NCBI GenBank assembly: GCA_021807085.1
Contig: JAKAPM010000001.1
Span: 13,226-77,225, forward strand
Source: Nanobdellota archaeon
GTDB lineage: Archaea; Nanobdellota; Nanobdellia; Parvarchaeales; Parvarchaeaceae
DNA: 64,000 bases
Direction: 5' to 3'
Made by a program: the position numbers and the translations under genes. Shown piece after piece: positions 38,378-47,157 of this stretch (the first letter of the stretch is position 1; every line of letters starts with the position of its first letter). A model generated the notes under the pieces. It searched no databases. It worked only from the letters and a program-made list of their open reading frames with translations, and had not been told where the DNA came from.

Positions 38378-38773
38378 TCAAACGTCGTTGTTGCTGTCGT
38401 CTTCGTTATCGTCGTCAGTGCTGTCGGCGTCCTCTATATCCTGCTGATTGTCTGTCGGAGGTATGTTGTCTAAGCTGTCATCCTCTACGCTGTCGGTGGA
38501 TGCTTCCTCAGTGACTTCCTCTAAGTCAGGCGCCGTCTCGTCCGTAGCGAACCTTGTAAATTTGCGCCTGACCTTTACCCTTTCCTTTCTGTGAACGAAC
38601 TTAGGGGCCCCCTTAAACAGTTTGGCGCCGTGTACCTTTTTGGCGCAGTCGGGGCAGTAGTAAGCCTTTACGCCGTTTCTGAACAGGAACACGGCCCTGT
38701 CTCTCCTGGTCAGCTGGCTGCACGATGCACAGCGGACGTTGCTGGTCCTTCCGCGGCGTATATTCTTTCCCAT
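38378..38773 (-). CDS. Zinc-ribbon (TRASH-like, ribosomal protein L24e-like) protein with 55-aa acidic C-terminal tail
   Basis: CASC...FLFRNGVKAYYCPDCAKK resembles L24e C-x2-C...F-R-x-D/N-G...F-C-S-x-K-C; tail DDEDDSNNDV-rich. Confidence 0.35.
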   Translation of the reverse strand: MGKNIRRGRTSNVRCASCSQLTRRDRAVFLFRNGVKAYYCPDCAKKVHGAKLFKGAPKFVHRKERVKVRRKFTRFATDETAPDLEEVTEEASTDSVEDDSLDNIPPTDNQQDIEDADSTDDDNEDDSNNDV

Positions 38774-38864
38774 CTCTTATATTAAGACCAGCCGTTATAT
38801 ATACTTTTTAGGATTATTCGGTAATTTAAGAAAGTAATAAAAGCGCAGGTGAGGTATAATAGTA

Positions 38865-39233
38865 ATGGAGCAAAGCGGCGACCTTACAAAGAACATAGTC
38901 GAACTCAGGGAATCTCTTAAGATATTCGAACAGAGGATGGCGCAGCTAAAGGACACCGTCAGGATGATAGATCAGAACAACATAGACAAATACAACGAAG
39001 TCAAGAGCCTGATACAGGGATTCAACGCGAGCCTGTCCGGTCTGAAGACAAAGGTCCTGGAGATGGAGGACGCAATAGGGCGCATAGAAAAAGAGTCGGG
39101 CGGTTTCGCTAGGGCCCAGGACGTGAAAGTACTGGAAAAATATCTTTCGTTCATAGACCCGTCAAGGTTTTTAAGCAAGGATGATGTTATTAAAATTGTA
39201 GAAAGTTATATGGGTAGCAAAAAGTGGAGTTAG
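38865..39233 (+). CDS. Hypothetical coiled-coil protein
   Basis: 122 aa. Confidence 0.4.
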   Translation: MEQSGDLTKNIVELRESLKIFEQRMAQLKDTVRMIDQNNIDKYNEVKSLIQGFNASLSGLKTKVLEMEDAIGRIEKESGGFARAQDVKVLEKYLSFIDPSRFLSKDDVIKIVESYMGSKKWS

Positions 39234-39239
39234 ATTGAT

Positions 39240-39920
39240 ATGAGTTTGCTGGATTCGTTCAGGAAGAAGGATAGTTCGGACGTACCGGACATAAGCGAAA
39301 TGATAGCCAATGGCATGAGTGAACAAGACATAATAGACAACCTCAGACAGCAGGGATACGATAGCACGGCGATAAAGGAAGCGCTTATCAACGGACTCAA
39401 CAAGGGCGCGCAGCAGGGCACCCAGAACGCATCGGCACAGAAACAGCAGCCGGTCGCGCCGCAGGAGCCGCCGCAGATAAGGCCTATGAACCTGTCGCAG
39501 CCGACTCCAATAGCTGCAGACACCCCCAGGTACAATACCCAGCAGCTATCTGCACCTAAGCAGGAGCAGCCGAAACAGCTGAGCGATCAGACCCTCGAGA
39601 CAATACAGCAGGTGCTTGAGCAGATAATAGGGGAGAGGTGGAATTCGGCGTCTGGCGACATCAACAACATGAAGATAACCATCAAGAACAACTCAAATTC
39701 CATTAGCGAGATTGAGGACAGGCTAGATGGCCTTGGCCAGAGGATAGACGGCGTACAGAACACGATGCTGGGCAAGACTGAGGAATACAACAAGACAATA
39801 TCCGACGTGAACGTCGAACTCAAGGCGTTCGAAAAGGTCATAGACAGGCTGGTGCCGACGATAAGCGACAGCATAAAGGAGCTTAGGGACTTGATAGACA
39901 ACTTCAAAAAGCAGACTTGA
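39240..39920 (+). CDS. Hypothetical protein: small N-terminal domain, Q/P-rich linker, C-terminal coiled coil
   Basis: 226 aa. Confidence 0.4.
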   Translation: MSLLDSFRKKDSSDVPDISEMIANGMSEQDIIDNLRQQGYDSTAIKEALINGLNKGAQQGTQNASAQKQQPVAPQEPPQIRPMNLSQPTPIAADTPRYNTQQLSAPKQEQPKQLSDQTLETIQQVLEQIIGERWNSASGDINNMKITIKNNSNSISEIEDRLDGLGQRIDGVQNTMLGKTEEYNKTISDVNVELKAFEKVIDRLVPTISDSIKELRDLIDNFKKQT

Positions 39921-39951
39921 GAGTAATACATTCAAAAACAATAAATAAGGG

Positions 39952-40818
39952 TTGTACTCTTTATTATCGTTGATGGGAAAGAGATATTTTGACAAAGTTC
40001 AGCACCTCGACATCATTCTGGACGGCATTAGTACCAAGGAAATGGACGAATTTTATGGCTACTTGTACAAGGCATCGGCGCTCATAAAGGACAACTCTAT
40101 CCTTGTACAGGACACAGACCACTTTTTCTCGCCGACTTACATATCCACCAAGGAGAAGCTGGATAGATTCGAGGACCTACAGCCCTTCATATATACGCTT
40201 GGTAGCGATTCAATAAAACTCCTGAACGAGATGGTGGGGGAGAAGTTCATGATTGTGGATATAGAGGACGGAAACCTGGTAAAATCCACACACATATCCG
40301 ACGGCGTAACCGATACGTACAAGTTTGTACGCATAAAGGACGCGAGCAAATTCGCACCGCTTGTCTTTGACCAGGCAAGGAAATTCTCCGAACAACCTGA
40401 ACGCAAGGGAGCTAGATACGGTACGCTCGACCACCTGCACAGTATTGCTTACATGGATTCTGCGCGCATAAAAAGAGTGTCTTTGGACATCGAAGACGAC
40501 AGGACGGAGATGGTAGGTGAATACGTGACCACATACGGAAAGCTGAAAGCGGTGGGTGAGGGACTGTCAAAAAGGCTCGGCGGCAAGAAAAACGACGTGA
40601 AGTACATTACTACACTTCTGAGAGCGCTTGGCAAACCCCTTTACGTGGTCGACACCGGAAACGATGCGGCGCTTGTGCTTTACAGAAAAGTGGACGAAAA
40701 TGGCAAGGCTACCGGAGCTATCGCGGAAGAGGGGAAGTTCAGCAGCAAACAGCCGCTAATATACGAGAGGGCACAGAATTTCTTCGAAGGAAAAGGCAGC
40801 GAAGGAATGTACAACTGA
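39952..40818 (+). CDS. Hypothetical protein
   Basis: 288 aa. Confidence 0.4.
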   Translation: MYSLLSLMGKRYFDKVQHLDIILDGISTKEMDEFYGYLYKASALIKDNSILVQDTDHFFSPTYISTKEKLDRFEDLQPFIYTLGSDSIKLLNEMVGEKFMIVDIEDGNLVKSTHISDGVTDTYKFVRIKDASKFAPLVFDQARKFSEQPERKGARYGTLDHLHSIAYMDSARIKRVSLDIEDDRTEMVGEYVTTYGKLKAVGEGLSKRLGGKKNDVKYITTLLRALGKPLYVVDTGNDAALVLYRKVDENGKATGAIAEEGKFSSKQPLIYERAQNFFEGKGSEGMYN

Positions 40819-40861
40819 GTTGCTTAAAAGTTATAAATATGGGGGAGCTCCTTGAATTAAG

Positions 40862-41797
40862 GTGGCCAACAAATACGAGAGTCTGGAAAGACTGCTAGAG
40901 GAGAAGAAAGGTGTAGCCGGCCTCGAGTCCCACGCCCTTGCAGAAGTCAATAGGATTATAGCCGACATAAAGGAGGCGTCTGTGGAGTTAGATGAGAACT
41001 ACGGCGCCTTCAACAAGACTTATCTTACCACTTCTGAGAGGCTGAATGAGAAGAATGGTTTCTACATGCAGATGCTAAACAGCAATAGCTACAGCATCCT
41101 GCTGAATATGCTGGCAGCAGAGATGAACGATGCCCGTCTTCTAGTAATAGAGAAGGAGAAGAACAGGCTGTTGAGCTTTATGTATTCGCCGCAGCTCTAT
41201 TTAGAGCCAGAGGACCTGAAAGACGAGGAAGAAACCAAAAAAGTCTATTCGATAAGGAACTATTCGATAAGGAAAATGAACAAACTTACTGATAGGTACC
41301 CCATACTGAACGACATCCTCAACAGGGCACTCTTGAATAAGAAAGCCATGAGCGGCGCCTATAATAGACGGGTCGGAGACGAATTTGAGACATTCAGCAA
41401 GATAGAATCCGCGTGCATGTTCGTGATAATGGAAGATACGAACATGTTCGGCCTCAAAAATTTCATGTATCTGACTACGCCGGAGCTGCTCGAGAAAGTG
41501 TCTCCGAAACTGTTCAAATATGTTATGCAGCTGGATGGAAAGCCGATCGATACAGATGGAAAGCAGATCCATACATACTTGAGGAGCATGCACGGCCCGC
41601 TGATGGTATACAACGAGAAGGGGAACGAGATTATAACAATCGGGATAAGCAACGACCGGAGCAATCCAAAGATTGAGATAATGCACGAAGAGATTCAAAA
41701 CATAAAACACCACATTTTCGGAAAGATACTTGCGGAACAGAATCCTGGTGCGGTAGTTGAAATCAACGAGAAAAGAGACGATTCGATGTACGCCTAA
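40862..41797 (+). CDS. Hypothetical protein
   Basis: 311 aa. Confidence 0.4.
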   Translation: MANKYESLERLLEEKKGVAGLESHALAEVNRIIADIKEASVELDENYGAFNKTYLTTSERLNEKNGFYMQMLNSNSYSILLNMLAAEMNDARLLVIEKEKNRLLSFMYSPQLYLEPEDLKDEEETKKVYSIRNYSIRKMNKLTDRYPILNDILNRALLNKKAMSGAYNRRVGDEFETFSKIESACMFVIMEDTNMFGLKNFMYLTTPELLEKVSPKLFKYVMQLDGKPIDTDGKQIHTYLRSMHGPLMVYNEKGNEIITIGISNDRSNPKIEIMHEEIQNIKHHIFGKILAEQNPGAVVEINEKRDDSMYA

Positions 41798-41827
41798 GTT
41801 TTCTTTGCGAACCCGCAACCGACTATT

Positions 41828-43150
41828 TCACGGCACAAGTCTATCGGGTGTCCTGGGCAGAAGCGTGGCTTCCGCAACGTTTTCCAGCCCCAATACTTGT
41901 TTCACTATCCTCTCGAGCCCTGTACCGGATCCGCCGTGCTGCGGGACGCCGTACCTGAAGAAATCTGTGTAGAACGTGAACTTTTCTCCATCGAGCCCCT
42001 TTTCTTTCAGCTGCTCCAACAGTACTTCGTAGCGATGTTCCCTCTGCGCGAGTGTGGTTATCTCCAACCCCTTGAATATCAGGTCCGCCCTGCAAGTCAC
42101 GGAGGGGTCCTTGGTCTGTCTCATGTGGTAAAACTGCGCTATGCTCCACGGGAACTCTGTAAGGAAAAAGAGGTCGTGGCCATATTTTTCCCTCACATAA
42201 TCGCCCATTATCCTCTCCCCTTCCGGGTCTATGTCCCCGTCTTCCTTTAGCGATTTCCCGTACCCTTTAAGGATATCTGCTGCTTCCTTGACGGTTATCC
42301 GGGGAAAGGGTTTCTTGGGCATCTCCAGCTTCTTTCCGAAAAGCTTCAACTCTTTGCCGTTCTTCTCGTCCAGTTCCTTGTATATGAATATCATTAGATC
42401 TTCCATGATGGACATCACGTCCTCGTACGAATCTATGAAACTCATCTCCATGTCTATGCTGGTGTATTCTGTCAAGTGCCTGCTTGTGTGGTGCGGCTCT
42501 GCCCTGAAAACCGGCCCTATCTCGAAAACTCTCTCGAATCCTGCCGCCATCATCATCTGTTTGTAGAACTGGGGTGATTGAGCGAGATAGGCCGTCCTAT
42601 CGAAATAAACGACGGGGAATACGTTTGCTCCCCCTTCCGTGGCCTGGGAAACTATCTTCGACGAATGTATCTGGTAGAACCCGTTCTCGGAGAAAAACTT
42701 TACGACAGCATTGCTCACCGTACTCTGTATTTTGAAAACTGCGGCTGTTTTTGGTTTCCTCAGGGACAAAAACCTGAAATCCAGCTCCTTGTCTAGTGAA
42801 GATTCTACCTTCTCGCTTAGATTGAGTGGTATAGGTTGCTGCGCCACAGTCACAGTCTCCAGTTTCTGCGGGATTATCTCGAACCCATTCACTGCCTTGG
42901 CGTTCTCCTTTTTCGTGCCAATCACGTCCACGACGGATTCCGACCTTAGGTCTGCGGCTTCCGCGAATATCCCCTCATCCCTTTCCTTCGAAACTGTCAC
43001 TTGGTAATTTCCACCTATGTCGCGTACGTTGAGAAATATGAGTTTGCCGAGGTTCCTTACGTTTTCCACCCAGCCCCTTAGCTCTACTTTTCCATCCTCG
43101 TTAGTTATCATACCCATATAACTCCATTCAGTTACTAAAAGCTTTTTCAA
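41828..43150 (-). CDS. Aspartyl-tRNA synthetase, archaeal/eukaryotic type (AsnRS not excluded)
   Basis: N-terminal OB anticodon-binding domain (ELRGWVENVRNLGKLIFLNVRD), class IIb motifs FRAE...; 440 aa. Confidence 0.75.
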   Translation of the reverse strand: MKKLLVTEWSYMGMITNEDGKVELRGWVENVRNLGKLIFLNVRDIGGNYQVTVSKERDEGIFAEAADLRSESVVDVIGTKKENAKAVNGFEIIPQKLETVTVAQQPIPLNLSEKVESSLDKELDFRFLSLRKPKTAAVFKIQSTVSNAVVKFFSENGFYQIHSSKIVSQATEGGANVFPVVYFDRTAYLAQSPQFYKQMMMAAGFERVFEIGPVFRAEPHHTSRHLTEYTSIDMEMSFIDSYEDVMSIMEDLMIFIYKELDEKNGKELKLFGKKLEMPKKPFPRITVKEAADILKGYGKSLKEDGDIDPEGERIMGDYVREKYGHDLFFLTEFPWSIAQFYHMRQTKDPSVTCRADLIFKGLEITTLAQREHRYEVLLEQLKEKGLDGEKFTFYTDFFRYGVPQHGGSGTGLERIVKQVLGLENVAEATLLPRTPDRLVP

Positions 43151-43196
43151 TAAGAGCAGAATAAAGATATGAATACAGACTTACTAATATAAATTC

Positions 43197-44099
43197 ATGG
43201 ACGAAGAATACTGGGCGTTGCTGCACACCGCCGAACATGTTTTCGCGAGATCGCTGCAGGAAGTTGGCGTTGGAATCCACGTAAGAAAAGCTGACACTTC
43301 GCGCGACGACGGAAAGGGAGAAGTGTTCATAAAGGAAGTTATAGAAATAGACAAGATACTGGAGGCCGAAGCTCTCACAAACAGGAAAGCAGCGGAAGGA
43401 CTGAAGGTCGAGGAAGAGACGTTTCCGACGCTAAAGGAAGCGGCTGCCAAATTCCCGAAACTCAGATTCAACGAGGACCGTGTGCCGGAAAAAGAGAAGG
43501 CGGGCGGGGGGATAAGAGTCGTAAAGATAGGAGATTTCGATTTTTCAGCATGTGGGCAGAGGCATATCGGGGATACGGTGGACATAAGGCTATTTCTTGT
43601 CGACGGGGTATCCTACCTCGGAGGAGAGACGAAGATAGTCTTCGAAGCCGGCGAAAAAGCACTTGATAGCGCGAGGGATACGAGCGACACGCTCGTGAGA
43701 TTGGGGTTAAAACACAACTTCGCCCCTCGGTCCGTGGCGGAAAAGTTCGAGGCCGCAAGAGAATCGCTGGATGAAGCTGACAGGGAAGGGAGGAGGCTGT
43801 TCGAGCTTCTGCTGAGAGGAAGTGAGAGGGTGTTGGACGTTGGAAAGCTCAGGATAGCAGACTTCTACAAGACGATGGATGACTTCACGAGGAAGAATCC
43901 TTCTTCATTCGTAGCTGTATCTTCCGACTCCCAGATTTTTGTTATAAAAGGAACCAAGAGTGATTTTGACATGGCCGGGCTTGGGAAAAGATTGGAAAAG
44001 GCAGGTTTCAGGGGAAAAATAAGTGGAGAAGTTATAAACGGCCGGAACGGACAGAGTGTAAGGGAAATATTGGAGGAATTCGTCAATGGACGATCTTGA
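43197..44099 (+). CDS. AlaX-like tRNA editing protein (Thr/Ala-tRNA synthetase second additional domain)
   Basis: HTAEH ... CGQRH zinc-binding HxxxH/CxxxH motifs. Confidence 0.5.
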   Translation: MDEEYWALLHTAEHVFARSLQEVGVGIHVRKADTSRDDGKGEVFIKEVIEIDKILEAEALTNRKAAEGLKVEEETFPTLKEAAAKFPKLRFNEDRVPEKEKAGGGIRVVKIGDFDFSACGQRHIGDTVDIRLFLVDGVSYLGGETKIVFEAGEKALDSARDTSDTLVRLGLKHNFAPRSVAEKFEAARESLDEADREGRRLFELLLRGSERVLDVGKLRIADFYKTMDDFTRKNPSSFVAVSSDSQIFVIKGTKSDFDMAGLGKRLEKAGFRGKISGEVINGRNGQSVREILEEFVNGRS

Positions 44100-44655
44100 G
44101 GCGGTGGCACGCGAGATATCCGCGTGCGAACTGTGCGACCTGCACATAAAAAGGACTTTGGCTGTACCTGGAGGGGGAAACCGAAACGCGAAGATTATGG
44201 TGGTAGGAGAGGCGCCTGGAAAGTTCGAGGACTTAAAAGGGAAGCCGTTCGTGGGGATGTCTGGCAGGTTCCTGGATAAGTATCTGGAACAGGCGGGGAT
44301 AAAGAGGGAAGATGTGTTCATAACCAACGCAGTGAAATGCAGGCCCCCAAACAACAGGAAACCAACCTCACACGAGATAACAACGTGCCGCCCGTACCTG
44401 ATACGGCAGCTCAACCTCGTGAAGCCTGCGCTTATCCTCGCTCTGGGGACGTCTGCTGCCAGTTCAATGAACTTAGAATACAAGCATCTATCCGAAATCA
44501 GGGGTAAGGTAATCAGCACTGTGCTGGATGGGACCAACGTCAGTGTTTTTGCAACCTTCCATCCTTCGTTCCCGATGCGCTTTCCCAGCAAGCGCACCAC
44601 ATTCCTAAACGACTTGAAAAGAGCGGGAGAACTAGCTAAAAATACTACTATGTAA
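44086..44655 (+). CDS. Uracil-DNA glycosylase, family 4
   Basis: GEAPG...GMSGRFL and Cys-x2-Cys...Cys pattern of family-4 UDG. Confidence 0.8.
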   Translation: MDDLEAVAREISACELCDLHIKRTLAVPGGGNRNAKIMVVGEAPGKFEDLKGKPFVGMSGRFLDKYLEQAGIKREDVFITNAVKCRPPNNRKPTSHEITTCRPYLIRQLNLVKPALILALGTSAASSMNLEYKHLSEIRGKVISTVLDGTNVSVFATFHPSFPMRFPSKRTTFLNDLKRAGELAKNTTM

Positions 44656-44660
44656 TGATA

Positions 44661-44676
44661 GTAAAGTATTTATATA
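44661..44676 (+). promoter_or_regulatory. TATA box (ATTTATATA) about 26 bp upstream of ATG 44697
   Basis: centre about 44672. Confidence 0.35.
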
Positions 44677-44696
44677 GGATATTATCATAAATAACC

Positions 44697-45533
44697 ATGG
44701 AAAATCAGGCACAAGCGCCGGAGCAGGCGAACCCGAAGAGGACACTAGACGAGATAGTCGGAAGCAACGCCGATCTGTACACAAACATGTTCGCGCTCGC
44801 TGAAAGTGTAAGAAATTACAATTCCGCACCGAATAATTCCATAAAAGATTACAATTCAAAGGTAAAATCTATTTACAGCCCCCTCAAAGGGATACTCGAA
44901 AGGAAACCGGAGCTGTCCAAACGTGAAGATACAATAGCAATGCAGGCGTCCATCGAAGCGGCCATGGACTCTGGAAAATGCGATAAGGAGCTTACCGATA
45001 GACTCGCTACTTATGCCAACAGTGTGCTGACGGGATAGTGGAATTCGCTGAAACCAAAACTGGAGGATAACCACTACAAAGATGCGGCGAACAACATACT
45101 GATAAACCCCGGCTTTGGCGGGGCGGCATCAGCGCTTGCCGGAAACGAAACGTACAAGAGGCCGGCTGGGTTGGCGGGCTTCCTCAGGGATATTACAAAA
45201 GAGAATGAAAAGGGGGAATTATCCAATGTTATCAACTACTACAGCAGACTTCGCACGATAGTATCGACACACAGTGGGGATGAGAACGCGAGCGATGCCG
45301 AGAAGAAAGACATAGAAAAAATATTAGATGACGGTGACGCGGTTTACAGGAAGGCAGTCAGTACGCTGAACGACGAGTACAAAGGACACCTTCAGACAAT
45401 GATACTCAAGATGGTCGACGCTAGCTACAGACAAAGCGTTGGGAGCGGCGACAAAGAACACAGCAGGACGGTGATAAACGGCCTTGACCCGTCGACGGGT
45501 ATATCGCTGATGCTGTCACCGTACATGAAATAG
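44697..45533 (+). pseudogene. Hypothetical protein (about 278 codons) interrupted by a single in-frame TAG at 45036..45038
   Basis: ORFs 44697..45038 and 45171..45533 are in the same frame with no other stop between them. Confidence 0.4.
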
Positions 45534-45543
45534 GGGTGAAACT

Positions 45544-46368
45544 ATGAAAAACTACGGGGTATTTCCAATAGAGATGCACTACACTTACAATGGTATGACT
45601 GGTGAGAGTAAGTTCGATTACGACTCGTGGAGCCAACTCAACGAGAACAAGCTCCAGTTGAGCAACTTCATAAAGTCGCTGAGCACGCAGATTGACACTG
45701 GCGGGCTGGGGGACCTGCTAAGCAACCGCATAATAGCACGTATGCAGAGCGCCGCTGAAATGCCGGCAATGAAGTTGGTGGGAGACCAGAACAAGCTTGT
45801 GCAGACGAAGCGACTCAATGAGCTTGAATCCGCCGGGCTGGAAATGCCGACCAGTGTAGGTCCTTTGAAACTCCTTGATTATCAGATAGTACAGTACAAA
45901 GACAAGAACGGAAAAGTGATAATGCACGACGACCAGCCGCTGTTCCTGCTAAAGGCGAAGTACGGATACAGGCTGGTAGACGTAATGGACGAAGAAGCCT
46001 ACAACTACAATATGCACGATCTTGCGCTGAAGGTGTTCAGCGAAGCTGATAGCAAGAGAATGTACCTCGGCGACGTGAAACGTTCGTGGTTCAATTCCAT
46101 GATATACGCGGACGACCTAGCTATACATTTCTATTCCCCGTATAGGTTTACCGGGAACGGGGAGTACAACAACCTAGACCTCAACGGAAGGAAAACAAAA
46201 CCCAAGAAGGACCACTGGCTCAGTGAGATGATGCGCGGCCTTGTGCTCGGTCCGACGATAACCGTAGCGACCACAAAGCCCATGGCAAGGGACAGAGTGG
46301 AAGACCTCATATCCATACTGAAATTGAAAAGCGCAGGGAAAATAATGAGAGAAGAGGTGAACAATTAG
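45544..46368 (+). CDS. Hypothetical protein
   Basis: 274 aa, 11 bp after previous gene. Confidence 0.45.
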   Translation: MKNYGVFPIEMHYTYNGMTGESKFDYDSWSQLNENKLQLSNFIKSLSTQIDTGGLGDLLSNRIIARMQSAAEMPAMKLVGDQNKLVQTKRLNELESAGLEMPTSVGPLKLLDYQIVQYKDKNGKVIMHDDQPLFLLKAKYGYRLVDVMDEEAYNYNMHDLALKVFSEADSKRMYLGDVKRSWFNSMIYADDLAIHFYSPYRFTGNGEYNNLDLNGRKTKPKKDHWLSEMMRGLVLGPTITVATTKPMARDRVEDLISILKLKSAGKIMREEVNN

Positions 46369-46369
46369 T

Positions 46370-47116
46370 ATGTCCGACAGAAAGAACCAGAAGATAGAGG
46401 ATTTGGTGAGTAGAGGGTCTACGAACACCGCTATACAGTTCAACGGTTCCGTGCCAAGTGGGCAGATGTGGACACGCGAAGGTGGGTTGGAGAAGGTCCT
46501 TGACCTGAAAGCGGGGGATGCAGTCACTCTCGTAGGCAAGACAATGGAAAACAACGATGAGAATTACTTCATACACGGGTCTTATTCGATAATACCTATA
46601 TCTGCAAAAAACAGCGATGTGGGTGCTATGGCGCCGGGTGCGGCATATATAAGCGCCATGGAGGGGGAGAAGGACCCCGACAACAAAGAGCTGTTGGGTG
46701 TGATAAACCCGCAGTACCTAGTTGGAGTGGATAAAAATAAGATAGGAAGAGTGTACCAGAATGGTTTGTTCCTGGACGCCTACCCAAACGTCAGATACAG
46801 CAGTAGGGAAGAGAAATCGAGAAACATAATAAGGAACATTGGCTACGGAGTGGTCGGAAAGATACCAGTAAGGATGACCGATGAGATAGCTGACAGATAC
46901 GATTTCCCGAGACCGAAGCCCGGGGACACTGTCCTGGGTATAGCTTACAAGAAATATCCTTTCGACAGATACGACAAGGAAAGCCCTCCCGGCGCGTTCG
47001 CACTTTTGGTATCAGACGAGGGCGACAAGCTCCAGATACCGTATGAACTCAAAAACCCTTACGCAATAGAAGTTGTTATAGGACTCTCGAAGAAACTCGG
47101 TAGGTCCGTCGTATAA
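46370..47116 (+). CDS. Hypothetical protein
   Basis: 248 aa, 2 bp after previous gene. Confidence 0.45.
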   Translation: MSDRKNQKIEDLVSRGSTNTAIQFNGSVPSGQMWTREGGLEKVLDLKAGDAVTLVGKTMENNDENYFIHGSYSIIPISAKNSDVGAMAPGAAYISAMEGEKDPDNKELLGVINPQYLVGVDKNKIGRVYQNGLFLDAYPNVRYSSREEKSRNIIRNIGYGVVGKIPVRMTDEIADRYDFPRPKPGDTVLGIAYKKYPFDRYDKESPPGAFALLVSDEGDKLQIPYELKNPYAIEVVIGLSKKLGRSVV

Positions 47117-47157
47117 GTGGATAATATCTTTTTTGACAATTGGAGGCTGTGCGCGCT

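Noticed and set aside
38378-38773. Initial call as ribosomal protein S26e
   Set aside because: The Cys pairs are about 22 residues apart, whereas I recall S26e having about 48; the pattern fits L24e/TRASH better.
41230-41290. Tandem 17-nt duplication (attcgataaggaa...) inside ORF 40862..41797
   Set aside because: In-frame micro-duplication encoding YSIRNYSIRK; too short to be a regulatory repeat.
45036-45038. Amber codon as pyrrolysine or genome-wide stop-codon reassignment
   Set aside because: TAG clearly terminates flaI (26754..26756) and atpD (35304..35306), and no pyl genes are in the window; kept only as a local nonsense or read-through question.
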